The notes beneath the pieces were generated by a model that saw only the letters and a program-made list of their open reading frames with translations, was not told the origin of the DNA and did no database searches. DNA of 63,976 nt, counting the filler, from Licmophora abbreviata (Eukaryota): the NCBI GenBank assembly GCA_900291995.1. It is 22 parts of 22 records of this genome, joined end to end, with 100 filler letters (N's around TTAATTAATTAA, not from the genome) between each part and the next. Parts side by side here need not be neighbours in the genome. Positions count along the whole stretch, not along the records: positions 47,501 to 50,675 come from OLMU01003181.1; positions 50,776 to 62,239 come from OLMU01003182.1; positions 62,340 to 63,976 come from OLMU01003186.1; 19 more parts are not named here. One strand, given 5' to 3'. Position 1 is the stretch's first letter. Each line of letters opens with the position of its first letter. The translations under genes and the position numbers were made by a program. Below, one piece after another: positions 50,034-63,496 of the stretch.

Positions 50034-53000
50034 ATGGCCCCGTCCACCGACGTCCTCATGCTAGAGGAGAGCGACTACGACAGCGACGACTTCTTCAACG
50101 AAGAGTCGGATGACGACTTCGAGGAAGAGAACTTCGCGCCCAAGCCGTCCAAGGCCAAGACCAAAGCTCATGCAGGCGCCACCGGAGCAGCCTCTACGAA
50201 GAAGAAGTCTGCCGCTGTTCTTACGGCCAACAAGAACGTCGAGAACGTGGCTTCCAAGAAGAAGGGTGCTGGAGGAAAGACAATCGAAGAGCAGTACCAG
50301 AAGAAGAGTCAAGTTGAACACATTCTCATTCGTCCCGACACGTACAGTGAGTAGACCCTTTGCGTGACTTTGGCGATACAGCGATGGATAGCTTTATCAC
50401 TCACCTTCTCTCTTGCTTGTCTTGTCCTGTACGCAGTCGGATCGGTTGAGCGCATCACGCAGCCCATGTTCGTCTTGAACGATGAGCAGCGTATCGTACA
50501 GCGCGACATCACCTTCACCCCTGGTCTCTACAAGATCTTTGACGAGATTGTTGTGAACGCCGCTGACAACAAGCAGCGTGACCCGAACATGGACAAGCTC
50601 GAGATCGTCGTCGACCAAGAGGCGAACTCCATCTCAGTCAAGAACAACGGAAAGGGAATCCCTATCGACATGCACNNNNNNNNNNNNNNNNNNNNNNNNN
50701 NNNNNNNNNNNNNNNNNNNTTAATTAATTAANNNNNNNNNNNNNNNNNNNNNNNNNNNNNNNNNNNNNNNNNNNNAGAATTCCTGACGACCCGCCCAAAA
50801 AGCTTAGGCTCAGAGTGCAAGCTTTCCACCAAGTTCATGAAGCAGGTCGAAAAGAGTGGAGTCGTAGATTCTATTCTTTCTTTTGCCAAGTTCAAGCAGG
50901 GTCAGGCGCTGAAACGAAAGGGAGGTGCGAAGAAGATCAAGCTCACCGGAATCGCCAAGCTGGACGACGCCAACCATGCCGGAACCGCCAAGTCAAAGGA
51001 TTGTACTCTCATCATTACGGAAGGAGATTCTGCGAAGAGTTTGGCGATGTCTGGACTCTCCATCGTCGGTCGCGATTACTATGGCGTGTTTCCGTTGAAG
51101 GGCAAGCCGCTCAATGTTCGCGAAGCGACTCACGCTCAGATCATGAAGAACGACGAAATCAAAAACCTTGTCGATATCATGGGGCTTAAGTTTGGTACCG
51201 AATACAATGAATCGAACATCAAAAGCCTTCGTTACGGACACTTGATGATCATGGCCGACCAGGATCACGATGGATCGCACATCAAAGGCCTAGTCATCAA
51301 CTTCATTCACAGTAAGTCACCGTGTCTATTTTTCCGTGCGCTTGCATGGACTTGACTAACAGAACTTGTCTTTATCTCATTTCAGAGTTTTGGCCCTCGA
51401 TCCTTGACGTTCCTGGGTTCCTCCAGCAGTTCATCACTCCAATCGTCAAGGCGACAAAGGGAAAGAAGTCAATGACATTCTTCACCATCCCGGAGTATGA
51501 GGCTTGGCGGGAGTCTACTGGAAACGGTGCAAAAGGTTACACGATCAAGTACTACAAGGGTTTGGGTACCTCTACAAGCGCCGAAGCGAAGGATTACTTC
51601 TCGAACCTTGATCTCCATGAGGTACACTTTAGTGAGCTCTCAGCTGACGAGCACATTGTGTCGGCAGATGATGACGCGAATATGGGAATCGAGATGGCCG
51701 CTCCTGTGCCTGACAAGCCCGTCTCTGGAACTGACCTTATCGATATGGCGTTCAGTAAGGGACGTGTGGAGGAACGAAAGACTTGGCTGAACGCATTGCA
51801 GAAGGATACGTTTCTCAATTACTCCAAGGCACAGAGTAACGGGGTAACATATTCGGAGTTCATCAACAAAGAGTTGATTCTGTTCTCTGCTGCCGATAAT
51901 CATCGTTCTATTCCAAACGTCATGGATGGATTGAAGCCCTCCCAGAGAAAGGTGTTATACGGTTGCATCAAGCGGAAGCTCAAGGGTGAGATCAAGGTTG
52001 CGCAGCTGGCTGGGTACATCGGAGAGCATGCAGCGTACCATCATGGCGAGGCATCGCTCGCGGGCACCATTGTAAACATGGCTCAGAACTTCTGTGGATC
52101 GAACAACATCAATCTGTTGACTCCATCTGGTCAGTTCGGAACTCGCCTCATGGGAGGTAAGGACTCAGCGTCCCCTCGTTACATCTTCACGAAGCTTGAA
52201 AAGATCACACGTACGATCTTCCATCCGGATGACGATGCTCTTCTCACGTATCTCGAAGACGATGGCATGACGATTGAGCCGGAATTCTACGTCCCCGTCA
52301 TCCCCATGGCACTTGTCAATGGATCCGATGGAATCGGTACTGGTTGGTCTTCGAGCGTTCCGAATTATGATCCTCGACAGATAATTCGAAACATCCGACA
52401 CCGTATTGCAAAGGAGACGCTTGAGGAGATGATCCCGTTCTACAACGGATTTACAGGAGATGTAAGGATTCGTCCGTCGTTCGGCTGGTTCCTTACAACT
52501 GAACGTAATTGCTCACCTCGCGTTGTTCTTCTCTGTCATACAGCTCGTTCCAGGAACAGGAAAGAAAGAGGGTTCCTACAAAGTGGTTGGACGAATTGAA
52601 CGGACCAACGATACCACGCTTGTAATCTCCGAGATTCCAATCAAGAGGTCGATTCAAGACTTCAAGGAAATGCTGGAGAAGATGATGGATGTCGGAATCA
52701 CGAAGACTGACGATAAGAAGAAGGTGCAACCAGAGATTCTCGGCTTCCAACAGAACCATACAGACACGACCGTCTCATTTACGATCCAAGGGACAAAGGC
52801 AAAGATTGATGAGTTCGAAAAGGAGAAGGATGGCCTTTACGGGAAGTTCAAGCTGACAGGATCCTTATCTACGACGAACATGAACCTGTTCGACAAGGAG
52901 GGCAGTATGGTGAAATACCAGAATCCCGAAAGTATTCTTGATGCATTCTTTTCGGTTCGCATCGACTTCTATGAAAAACGCAAGGAGATTCTGCTTGAGA

Positions 53001-54238
53001 ATCTTCGTCGTGAGCAGACGACACTCTCCAACAAAGCCCGATTCGTGGAGGAGGTTTGCTCTGGTGAGCTGGTTGTTAGCAATCGTAAGCGTTCCGACAT
53101 TCTCGCCGAACTCCAGGACCGTGACTACGACGTACTTGGAAAGTTCAAGATCGCAGACGAGGAAGATGACGCAGATGAAGACGACAATGCCTCCGATGCT
53201 GAGCTTGCACGTGGCTATGAGTACCTGCTGGGAATGAAAATTTGGTCGCTTACGTTCGAAAAGGCCGAGCAGCTGCGTGCACAACTTGCCGAGAAAACTG
53301 CGGCTGTTGCCGAGCTTGAGGGAACTGCTCCGAGCCAAATTTGGTTGAACGATCTCGATGCAATCGAGGAAGCCCTCGACGAACGCGACTCAGAGATGGA
53401 AAAGGCGCACCGCGATGAGCTGAAGGCCCAGAAGAAGGGAAAGAAGCGCGCAGCTCGCCCTGTCAAGAAGAAGAGCAAGAAAAAAGCAGACGAGTGGGAC
53501 TCCGATGTCGACGATTCCTCGGACGAAGAAAACTTCATGTCGGATTCTGAGGATGAGGTCGTCCCCAAAAAGGCCGCCGCTAGGAAGCCGAAGGCTGCTT
53601 CCCGCTCTAAGGCACCCTCGAAATTACAGGTCAAACCCATGTCGCTTGCTGCTGTTCCCATAAGCAAGCCCACCTCCATGCCTGTTCTCCCGAAGGTCAA
53701 GAAGGAAGCTGCGCCCCCACTGGCAGCGGCACCTCAAGCCGATTCCGACGAAGAAAGCGAAGACGAGTTCGACTTCGGGATGTCGTTGGCCGATCGCCTC
53801 GCCAAGAACATGGAGTCGAAACTCCTTGTTTCGCCTCCCACTAAGAACACTCCCAAGTTCAAAGATCCAGCCTTGGATGGTAGCTCAGAAGAGGACAATG
53901 AGCTGGACGACTTCGACATTGCCGATTTCAAGCCTGCGTCTGTGACGCCAGCCACCAAGAGGGCCAAAGCCGCCGCCAAGAGCAAGAAGACCAAGAAACC
54001 ATCTCCCAAACGTGCTCGTGACGAAGAGAAGAAAGAAATTGCCAAACCTGTCAAGCGAAAGACGTCGCGTAAGCCGATGAAGAAAGCTGTCGACGAATTC
54101 GAGTTCGACGACTTGAGCGAAGATTCTATAGACGAAATGGATGTCGCCCCCGCTCGTGCCAAGAGCGGTCGCGCAAAGTCGAAGGTCACATACGACTTTG
54201 ATGATGACTCTGATTCCGACTTTGATTTCGAGGAGTGA
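50034..54238 (+). CDS. TOP2: DNA topoisomerase II (introns 50347-50436, 51312-51385, 52462-52543; part of the ATPase domain lost in gap)
   Basis: EHILIRPDTY, FDEIVVNAADN, TEGDSA, PLKGK, MADQDHDGSHIKG, YYKGLGT and catalytic ASPRY. Confidence 0.97.
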
Positions 54239-54709
54239 GCCAAGAGTCGGCATGAAGATGGAATCGCTACTCACTCTTTGTTGGAAGGTCGGGGTCAGTG
54301 AGGGGTAGCAACATCATATCCTCTCAAATCTTGTATTGCATCATAGCCACATTATTTTCAACCATCCGTTCCTCTAATGCTTGACATCATTTCATTGTGC
54401 ACTGCAATACACTTTTACGTATACCCTCTTTATTAGAGCAGTAGGTCTGCTTCGGAAGAACGGGGCGCTGACGACCACACTTCGGACTGCCGCGCGAACA
54501 GCGATTTGAACTCATCGTATCATACAGGCAAACTCGATACGATGATGACGTGTTCAATCAACGGAGTTGGGAATCTCGAAATCTTCTGCTCGGGTGGATA
54601 CTTTTGTGAGGCCGCGACCAATTTGAACCAATGAACATTGATGATAGAGGCACCTTGGTACAAACGCCGATTGCGGCATAGAATTGAAGCAATACCGGTA
54701 TCTTTGACC

Positions 54710-57700
54710 ATGGCGGAACGCGAAGCGCAGAAAAGCGGGTATTCGTACCATGAAATGTCCAGCAAGGTCCAGCAGGCTGATCGGTCCATGCTTCCAAGGA
54801 GGAGGGGGGAGCCGACGGGCGAAGTGGAGAGCTTGCGGGGGCGTAATGATGTTGGTCGAATGGGAGATCGAATCGCTGATTCCAGCAAGAGTCGTCCGGC
54901 TGAAATTGAAGAAAAGCTGGAAAGAGCCCAGAAGAAACGACAGAAGCGAGAGGATAGTCGTTCTGGTGCGAACAGACGTAGTGCAAGCATTCTAGCGTCC
55001 AGCGGCGGGCAAAGTATTCTTGATTTGGGGTCGTTGACTGGGTATCAGCCGTCAACCGAGAGTAGTCGGGCTGCCTACGAGACACTGCTGGTACGTGATT
55101 TCGCCCAGGATCGTCTCTTGTATGATACTTTCACTCATAGCTTTATTGTTGTGTTTCTTCTCGTACTCTGGTCACAGAGCACGATCAGCTCTCGAGGTCT
55201 GCTGGGAAATCAGGCCACATCGATTCTACGTGATGCCGCCCATGAGGTGATTGCCACGCTCAAAGATCAGAATGTGAGGGATCCTGATCGTCACGACACC
55301 ATCTCACGCCTGCTCACAGGAAAGTCTGCGAGAAGTGGAACAGGTGTGTCGACGGAGCAGTACGCGAGTCTTGTGCAGCTTGGAAAAGCCCTGGATGATT
55401 ACAACGAGTATGAAGAGTCTCAAAAACCGACACGAGGCGATGCGGAAGACAAGCACGACGACGACATGGGAGTTGCAGTCGTTTTTGATGAGTCCGACGA
55501 AGAAAATAAGGGCGAGGAGGGTGGAGGAAGTGACATCGACGAAGATCAGGTTGTTGAAGCTGCATCGTCTTCGTCGGAGGAAGAAGAGGAATTTGATGTC
55601 GCGCCGAATGATGTTGACGACGAAGGGGCCGACGAAGAAGTCATTGTGCAGGGTGGTTCGGAGGGAGCGAAGAGAAAGGCTCACCATGGTGCTGAACGCG
55701 TACTGAGCGTTCATGAAATCGACGCGCATTTCCTGCAAAGGCAGCTCTCACGCCATATCGATGACGCGGATATTAGCTCGAAGCTGGCGATGGACGCCCT
55801 GTCTATTCTGGACGTACGAAATAATTCCGATCTTCGGGAGTGCGAGAACAAGTTGTTGGTACTGCTAGGGTTTGATGCGTTTGATACAATCAAGCTATTG
55901 CTTCAGAATCGAGTCCGTATCTGGGCTTGCGTCTCAATGAAAAGGGCACAAAATGATAACGAGCGAAATGACGTTGAAACGGCACTCCAAAATGATCTTT
56001 CAGGGGAAGGCAGAAAGGTCTGGGAGGAGTTGCACTCTAGGAGCAAGGCAGAGGATTGGAGTCGAGAGCGCATGCGCGGTATCACCGACTCTCTGCAGAG
56101 CAGCAAGCAACGCGAGGAAGACAAAGGTGTCTCCAAAGCTCTGGATTCGATAGGGATCAAGGAATCATCCAACAATAGCGATAAAGAAGGCATGGATGTC
56201 GACAAAGACGAAGTTATCGAGCTTGACTTGGACTCTCTTGCATTCCGTGATGGGTCCCACACGATGAGTAATAAGAAATGCGAATTACCAGATAAGTCGT
56301 GGAGGGCGATGAAGAAAGGGTACGAGGAGGTTCATGTTCCTGCAGTGAGGAGTGTTGTTCCCGCTGACGAAAAACTAGTGCCGATATCGGATTTGCCATC
56401 ATGGACGCGCGCAGCCTTCAAAGGTATGTTCATTTGGCGTTCGGCTGACTTGTCTTGTTGCTCTCCGTATCTCACAAGCTATATTGACTGTACTACCACT
56501 CGCTTTCAAACCACATTAGGGGTGGAAAAGTTGAATCGAGTCCAGTCAAAACTCTACGATACTGCCCTCAAGTCATCCGAAAATGTTCTGTTGTGTGCGC
56601 CCACTGGCGCAGGCAAGACGAATGTTGCCATGCTGACAATGCTCAACATTCTTGGCCAGTACCGTCGCGAGCAGCCGGCTCACGACGAGATGGATGTCGA
56701 CGAGTCCAAAAACAAAGGAAATGAGTTTGATTTGAACGCGTTCAAGATCGTTTACGTAGCTCCGATGAAGGCATTGGTTCAAGAAGTTGTCAAGAACTTC
56801 TCCCATCGTCTGAAAGACTACGGCATAGTTGTGCGAGAGCTTTCGGGCGATTCAAGCCTAACTCGACAGCAAATTGCGGAGACGCAGCTCCTGGTAACGA
56901 CGCCAGAAAAGTACGACATTGTGACGCGCCAGGGGGAGGGAAGAGCGTACACCCAGCTTGTCAAGTTGGTCATCGTAGATGAGATACATCTTCTTCATGA
57001 TGAGCGCGGTCCCGTCCTCGAGAGTATCGTTGCTCGCATTATCCGCCAGGTGGAGACTACATGCGAACCAGTTCGCCTTGTGGGTCTTTCGGCAACGCTC
57101 CCAAACTATGCCGATGTTGCCACCTTTCTCCGTGTTAAGCCAGATAAGGGGCTCTTCTTCTTTGATCATAGCTATCGGCCCGTACCATTACAGATGCAGT
57201 ACGTCGGAATTACAGAGCGCAATGCATTCAAGCGGTTTTTACTTCAAAATGAAATTTGCTATGAGAAGGCACTGATGCAGCGACGCCATGGACAACAGAT
57301 GCTCATTTTCGTCCACTCGAGAGCTGAGACTGCCAAAACAGCAAAAGCGCTTCGCGACATCGCTCTCGAAAGGGACGAGCTATCCAACTTCGTCCGTGAG
57401 GGAGGGCCGACCCAAGAAATCTTGCGTGAAGAGTCGAGCACTGTAAAGAATGCTGACCTGAAAGACGTTCTCCCGTACGGATTCGCAATCCACCATGCCG
57501 GGATGGGACGAGAAGATCGTGAACTCGTGGAGGACCTATTTGCGGATCGTCACATTGCCGTGCTCTGCTCCACAGCAACTTTGGCTTGGGGAGTGAATCT
57601 TCCAGCGCATGCCGTCATCATCAAAGGAACCCAAATCTACGACCCAACAAAGGGACGATGGGCAGAATTGAGTCCTCTCGACGTACTCCAAATGCTTGGG

Positions 57701-60700
57701 CGTGCTGGACGCCCCCAGTATGACAAGTAAGTATCTCCTCTGTTTTTCTTGCCTCAACAACTCGACTTTCTCTCATTGGCATTTTTTTCTGCTCGGGGCA
57801 GGGAGGGCGAGGGTATCGTCATGACACAACACACTCAGCTACAGTACTACTTGTCGCTCACAAACCTGCAACTTCCTGTAGAGAGCCAGCTGATTAAGAC
57901 ACTGCCCAACCATCTCAACGCGGAGGTCGTTCTCGGGACAGTTCAGACTATCGACGAAGCAGCCGAATGGTTGAGTTACACGTTCTTGTACATTCGTATG
58001 TTGCAGAATCCGGCCTTGTACGGTATTACCAATCACGTACAGGCGCTGAAGGAGGATCCAAGTTTGAAGCGCCGCCGACTTGATCTAGTGCACACGGCGG
58101 CCTCGCTTCTTGAGAAGAGCCATTTGGTCCGATACGACAGGAAGAGTGGTTCACTCCAGTCGACGCCGCTCGGCCGAGTTTCAAGTCAGTACTACATCAC
58201 TCACACGTCAATGGCCGTGTACAGTCGTCATATGAGACCGAACATGTCAGACATTGAACTGTTACGATTGTTTTCGATGAGTGGGGAATTTGAACATATC
58301 ACAGTACGCGAAGAAGAAAAGCTCGAGTTAGCAAAACTGGCGGCTAAGGTGCCGATTCCGGTGAAAGAGAGTCCAAGTGAACCGTCCGCGAAGGTCAACA
58401 TACTTCTGCAGGCGTACATTTCACGCTTGAAGCTTGATGGATTCGCTCTGGTCTCCGACATGGCGTTCATTCAGCAGTCCGCCGCTCGAATCATGCGAGC
58501 TCTTTTTGAGATCGCTTTGCGACGAAACTGGTCCGGGCTAGCCAAGCTTACTCTTTCCTTTGCCAACATGGTGGCTTACCGAATCTGGAGAAGCCAGACG
58601 CCATTGCGGCAATTCAAGAATGTCCCTGAAGTTGTCGCTCGGAAGTTGGAGAGGAAAGGAGACATCGATTGGTCTCGATACTACGACCTATCTCCTTCTG
58701 ATCTCGGTGAGCTCGTTGGTGTTCCGAAGATGGGTCGAGTCATCCATAAGCTTGTCCACCAGTTCCCAAGACTGGAACTATCGGCGCATATTCAACCGAT
58801 TACGCGGTCGTTGCTTCGCGTTGAACTGACGCTTGTGCCGGCATTCGAATTTGATGTCAAGGTACATGGATATGCGCAACTCTTCCACGTGATCGTGGAG
58901 GATGTGAACGGCGAAACGATTCTCCACCACGAGATGTTTTCGCTCAAAAGTCGGAGTACTGACGAGGAGCACACGCTTGTGTTCACTGTGCAGATGATCG
59001 AACCGCTTCCTCCGGCTTACTTCATCCGCGTCATTGCCGACAGGTGGCTTCATTCAGAGGCCGTGCTCCCCGTTTCTTTTAACAGCACCATCCTCCCGGC
59101 GAAGTTCCCTCCTCCGACCGAACTCTTAGACTTACAGCCACTATTGCCGTCTGTCCTTGGCGAACCGGCTTTGGTCAAGCTCTTTCCCTTCAAGGAATTC
59201 AACCCGATTCAGACTCAAACGTTCCATGAGCTCTTCAAGACAGACAGGAACTGTCTTGTGTGTGCTCCTTCTGGCTCCGGAAAGAGAGCCTGCGCTGAGT
59301 TCGCTGTGCTGCGGATGCTTGTATCGAATCCGGATGGGAAATGCGTGTACGTCGCCCCGACAGACGATATTGCGCAGCCTACGCTAGAGAGCTGGAAATC
59401 CCGCTTTGGTTCCATTTTGGGCGTGGGAAGTGTTGAGGGGCTGATAGGGGAGACGGCCCCTGACCTACGGGTCCTCGCTCAGGCCAAGATCGTTGTTTGC
59501 ACCGTGCGACAGTGGGACATGCTCAGTCGACGGTGGAGGCAGCGAAAAGCAGTCCAAGCTGTCTCCTTGATCATCTTTGATGAGCTGCATTTTCTCGGTG
59601 GTGAACTTGGGCCTGCAATGGAAGTCGTCATATCTCGAATGCGATATGTCAGCAGTCAGCAGGGGCAGGAAGGCACACCGATGCGGATTGTTGGCTTGAG
59701 CGCCTCACTGGCGAATGCTCGAGAGGTGGGAGAATGGATGGGTGTTCCAGGGAAGAGCCTCTTTAATTTCTCGCCGAAAGTGAGACCGACACCATTAGAG
59801 ATATACTTCCAATCGTATGACCAGAGCAACTACTCAACGCGACTAATGGCGATGGCGAAGCCGGTGTATAACGCGGTGGTTCGTCATTCGGATGGAAAAC
59901 CAGCGATCGTTGTGGTTCCTAGTCGCAGACAAGCTCAACTGACGGCAATCGATCTCATGGCGTACCACGAGAGTCAGGCTGGAGGTACATTCCTCGGCGC
60001 AGGGACGGATAGTGGTGAAGTGTCTGCTATGGCCGAACGTTTACATGAACCAGCTCTTCAACAAGTCGTTCCTTCCGGCGTCGGGTTTCTTCACGGGGGC
60101 CTGACGGAGTCCGATACTGAGGCCATATCCGATATGTTTGCAAGCCGTTCCCTGAATGTTCTCGTTTGTCCGGTTGATCTCTGCTGGAAACTGAAAACCC
60201 CTGCCCATCTCGTGGTGATAATGGGCACGGAGTCATATGATGGAAGGGAACGGCGTCATGTCGACTACCCTATAGTCGACCTTCTACACATTATGGGAAG
60301 GGCTAGTCGACAGGCAGTCGACCGCAACGGGAAATGTGTCATTCTCTGCCATGCTCCGAAGAAAGAGTATCTCAAGAAACTTCTGTATGATCCACTTCCT
60401 ATTGAAAGTCATTTGCACCTTTACCTTCACGATCATTTCAACTCGGAGATTGTTACGAAGACCATCCGGAGCATGCAAGACGCTGTTGATTATGTAACTT
60501 GGACGTTTCTCTACCGGAGACTCGCGAAGAATCCCAACTACTATGGGCTCCTCGGTACGTCGAATGTTCACATCAGCGAGCATCTTAGCGAAATGGTCGA
60601 AACTGTTCTGGCTGATTTGGAGGAAAGCAAGTGCTGCCAGATGACGGAGGAAGGCGACGTCTCCGCCTTGAACCTGGGCATGATAGCTGCCTACTACTAC

Positions 60701-61774
60701 GTACAGTATACCACCATCGAGCTCATAGCTTCGTCAGTGACGGCGAAGACGAAGATTCGCGGTGTAATGGAAATTCTGTCCGCATCGTCTGAGTTCTCTG
60801 TGCTCCCTGTTCGGTACGGCGAGGAGAAGGCACTGAAGATCATGGCGAGGACTCTCACTCACCAATTGCCGGAATCGGCGGAGTTTCACGATCCAAATAC
60901 GAAAGCGCTAATCTTGATGCAGTGCCATTTCAGCCGAAGGTCGCTGTCATCGGATCTCAGATGCGATTTGAAACCAATCTTGAGGGACAGTATTGGTCTC
61001 ATTCAATCAATCGTGGATGTGATCAGTAGTAATGGGTGGCTGAAACCCGCCCTAGCCGCGATGGAACTAAGCCAGATGGTCGTTCAGGGTCTGTGGAACA
61101 AGGACAACGTCCTGATGCAGGTGAGCGAAAGGCAGAGTGGTATGTGTGTTGGCACAGATTCGTCCTCTAATCTTTTCCGACTTTGTTGTTTCTCCGCTCA
61201 GATTCCACACTTTACGAAGGCGATCGTCGAGCGATGTCAGAAGCACGACAGCGAGGAGCCAATTGAGTCCGTCTTCGACATTCTCACCCTGGACGACGAC
61301 GTCCGAAACGACTTGCTTCGCCTACCCGACGAAAAAATGGCCGATGTAGCCGTGTTCTGCAACAACTACCCCAACGTTGACGTTTCCTTCGAAGTCCAGG
61401 ACCCAGACGATGTCACTGCCGGAGACCCTATCCAGATCGTGGTCAATCTCGAACGCGAGATCGACGAAGAGGACATGGACGAAGAGGAAATGGCACAGCT
61501 AGGAGTAGTGTCGGCTCCGCTGTTTCCTGCCGAGAAGCGCGAGGGTTGGTGGATTGTCGTTGGCGACACTGCGACTAACTCGCTACTTTCTCTAAAGAAA
61601 GTCACTCTTCGACAGAACCAAAAAGTCGCACTTGAGTTTATGGCTCCCGAAGAACCGGGTGACTACAATCTTGCCTTCTTCTGTATGAGCGACAGCTACC
61701 TTGGCTGTGACCAAGAATACTCGATGCCGTTGAATGTCGCAGCCGCGGACGAGAGTGACAGTGACGCTGATTAG
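54710..61774 (+). CDS. BRR2: U5 snRNP 200-kDa Ski2-like helicase Brr2 (introns 55091-55177, 56424-56519, 57727-57801, 61121-61201)
   Basis: EPTGEVESL; two helicase cassettes (APTGAGKT/DEIH and APSGSGK/DELH); QMLGRAGRPQYD; Sec63 domains ending MSDSYLGCDQEY. Confidence 0.97.
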
Positions 61775-61945
61775 AGAATTATAGCCTACATATAAATCGT
61801 CAAGCGGGACACGTTTGCTTCCGACGGGCTGAGTCCTGTTTTTTGGAATACTCAGAGAAGATCAATGACTTGCGCAGACGGTCAGCATAACAGATAAGCC
61901 TCCACGCCGTCGATACGTCACCCATTAGGAATCCTGAGGGTGCTC

Positions 61946-62239
61946 TTAAAAATAACGAGCGGATCGAGTTTCGCGACCGACGAAATATCTCGACCGCTCA
62001 ATGAAGCTATTCTCTTCGTCAGACTGCTGACGAGCAACACGTGAATGAGAATAATGCGCTCCGGGAGGCCTGGTCGTCCGTCTCGTCGTTGTATAGACAT
62101 CATCACCGCTTGATAGCTCATGGTGTATGGAGGAGGGCACCATTGGCGGTTGGCGGTGACGGGAACTACCGGTGGGCATGGCGGTAGAGTAACCCCGATA
62201 GTTTGAGTAAGAAGGGATGGGACATGATACGCAGAACCT
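61946..62239 (-). CDS. Possible C-terminal fragment of an unknown gene
   Basis: Frame open from the contig edge to the stop at 61946; low complexity and no motif. Confidence 0.3.
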   Translation of the reverse strand, partial: RFCVSCPIPSYSNYRGYSTAMPTGSSRHRQPPMVPSSIHHELSSGDDVYTTTRRTTRPPGAHYSHSRVARQQSDEENSFIERSRYFVGRETRSARYF

Positions 62240-62339
62240 NNNNNNNNNNNNNNNNNNNNNNNNNNNNNNNNNNNNNNNNNNNNTTAATTAATTAANNNNN
62301 NNNNNNNNNNNNNNNNNNNNNNNNNNNNNNNNNNNNNNN

Positions 62340-63203
62340 TGGCGAGCGGATCGTGAGGGCAAGGAAGGAAAAGATCCGCTCATGAGTGAGGAGAACGGCA
62401 TTTATAGAGCAAAGCTTCGTGGTGCGGACTGGACATCTATTGGATGGTCCAGAGACAGTCCCGGTTTCGTTTTTTGGTTCGAATCGCTCCCACCCGAGGG
62501 TCCGAAATTATCCTACGGCACTAACATTCCTGAGAGTCTTGATCGAGGGGATGACAGATGCACGCATGTGCATATGGTATCGCATCGATACGCTGTAAAG
62601 CGAGAGTCTCCTCGCGACAAACTCACATATCACTCGATTGTTCTTCTAGAGTGGGAACACGGCTTGTACTCGACAGTTGTGGAAGGGGCGTTTCTCAATG
62701 GCATGGGAGGGTACAAGGGGAAAAGCAATTGGTGCGACGATCGCGATGAACCCGTCACAGCGCTCTTCAATATGTTTCCGCCAGAGATGATAGGACCGTG
62801 GTTGACAACATCGGCGGAAATACGGTGTTACGACATTGCCTGCAAAAACCTAGACGAGTTCAAAGGTTACATTGCCAAGCACGAGGGAAATACAAAGCGT
62901 TTTGTAGACCCGCACTATACGTTCTCTCATCAAGCTCGACTGACGTTCCGAACCAAGTCTAACATTGCTCAGTATTTGTTGAATTACATCGGCCGGGACT
63001 GTGCTTATTCGGACTTGCGGCGCAACTGTCAGACGCTTGCCGCAGATTTCTGCTCTTTTCTCTGCGGAAAGAAGGGGGTAGAGCCGTTTCATCCAGTGAA
63101 TCGTATCGACTACCGCAACCAGACGCATCTCTTCTTGTACGAGAGTCACCTTTACAAACGGGTTCGGCGAGCAAGCAACAAACGAAGATCAATGCTGCGT
63201 TAG
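62340..63203 (+). CDS. Hypothetical protein with PPPDE/NlpC-like His..NC motif (5'-partial)
   Basis: YHSIVLLEW and YSDLRRNCQTLAADF. Confidence 0.6.
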   Translation, partial: WRADREGKEGKDPLMSEENGIYRAKLRGADWTSIGWSRDSPGFVFWFESLPPEGPKLSYGTNIPESLDRGDDRCTHVHMVSHRYAVKRESPRDKLTYHSIVLLEWEHGLYSTVVEGAFLNGMGGYKGKSNWCDDRDEPVTALFNMFPPEMIGPWLTTSAEIRCYDIACKNLDEFKGYIAKHEGNTKRFVDPHYTFSHQARLTFRTKSNIAQYLLNYIGRDCAYSDLRRNCQTLAADFCSFLCGKKGVEPFHPVNRIDYRNQTHLFLYESHLYKRVRRASNKRRSMLR

Positions 63204-63496
63204 TCCGTAAGTCGACTCTGAGCTCGACTATGTCTTCCTTCATAGGACCATAAGTCTCTTCCGGCCTTGTGTCATTCCACAATGTCTTCTTCGTCTTTCC
63301 GCATTCTGAGGACAACCTCTTTCGCTTCAACTCTTTGACCACAGCGTTTTCAGTTTGTGGCGCCGGTTTGACTAGACACAACTTGCGAGCTCCGCGCTCT
63401 ATTATCATTCTGATCGCCGCATGCCGCCTCTCTCACACACACAATGAAGAGAGCGACGGCGAACAACAACGAAAGACGCATCGATAGCACCCCACG

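Noticed and set aside
59260..59300. Variant Walker A (GSGKR) in the second BRR2 cassette
   Set aside because: The C-terminal cassette of Brr2 is known to be catalytically inactive and divergent.
1031..62339. Regularly recurring palindrome TTAATTAATTAA as a repeat array or CRISPR-like element
   Set aside because: Always centred in a 100-nt N spacer; it is a synthetic six-frame stop linker.
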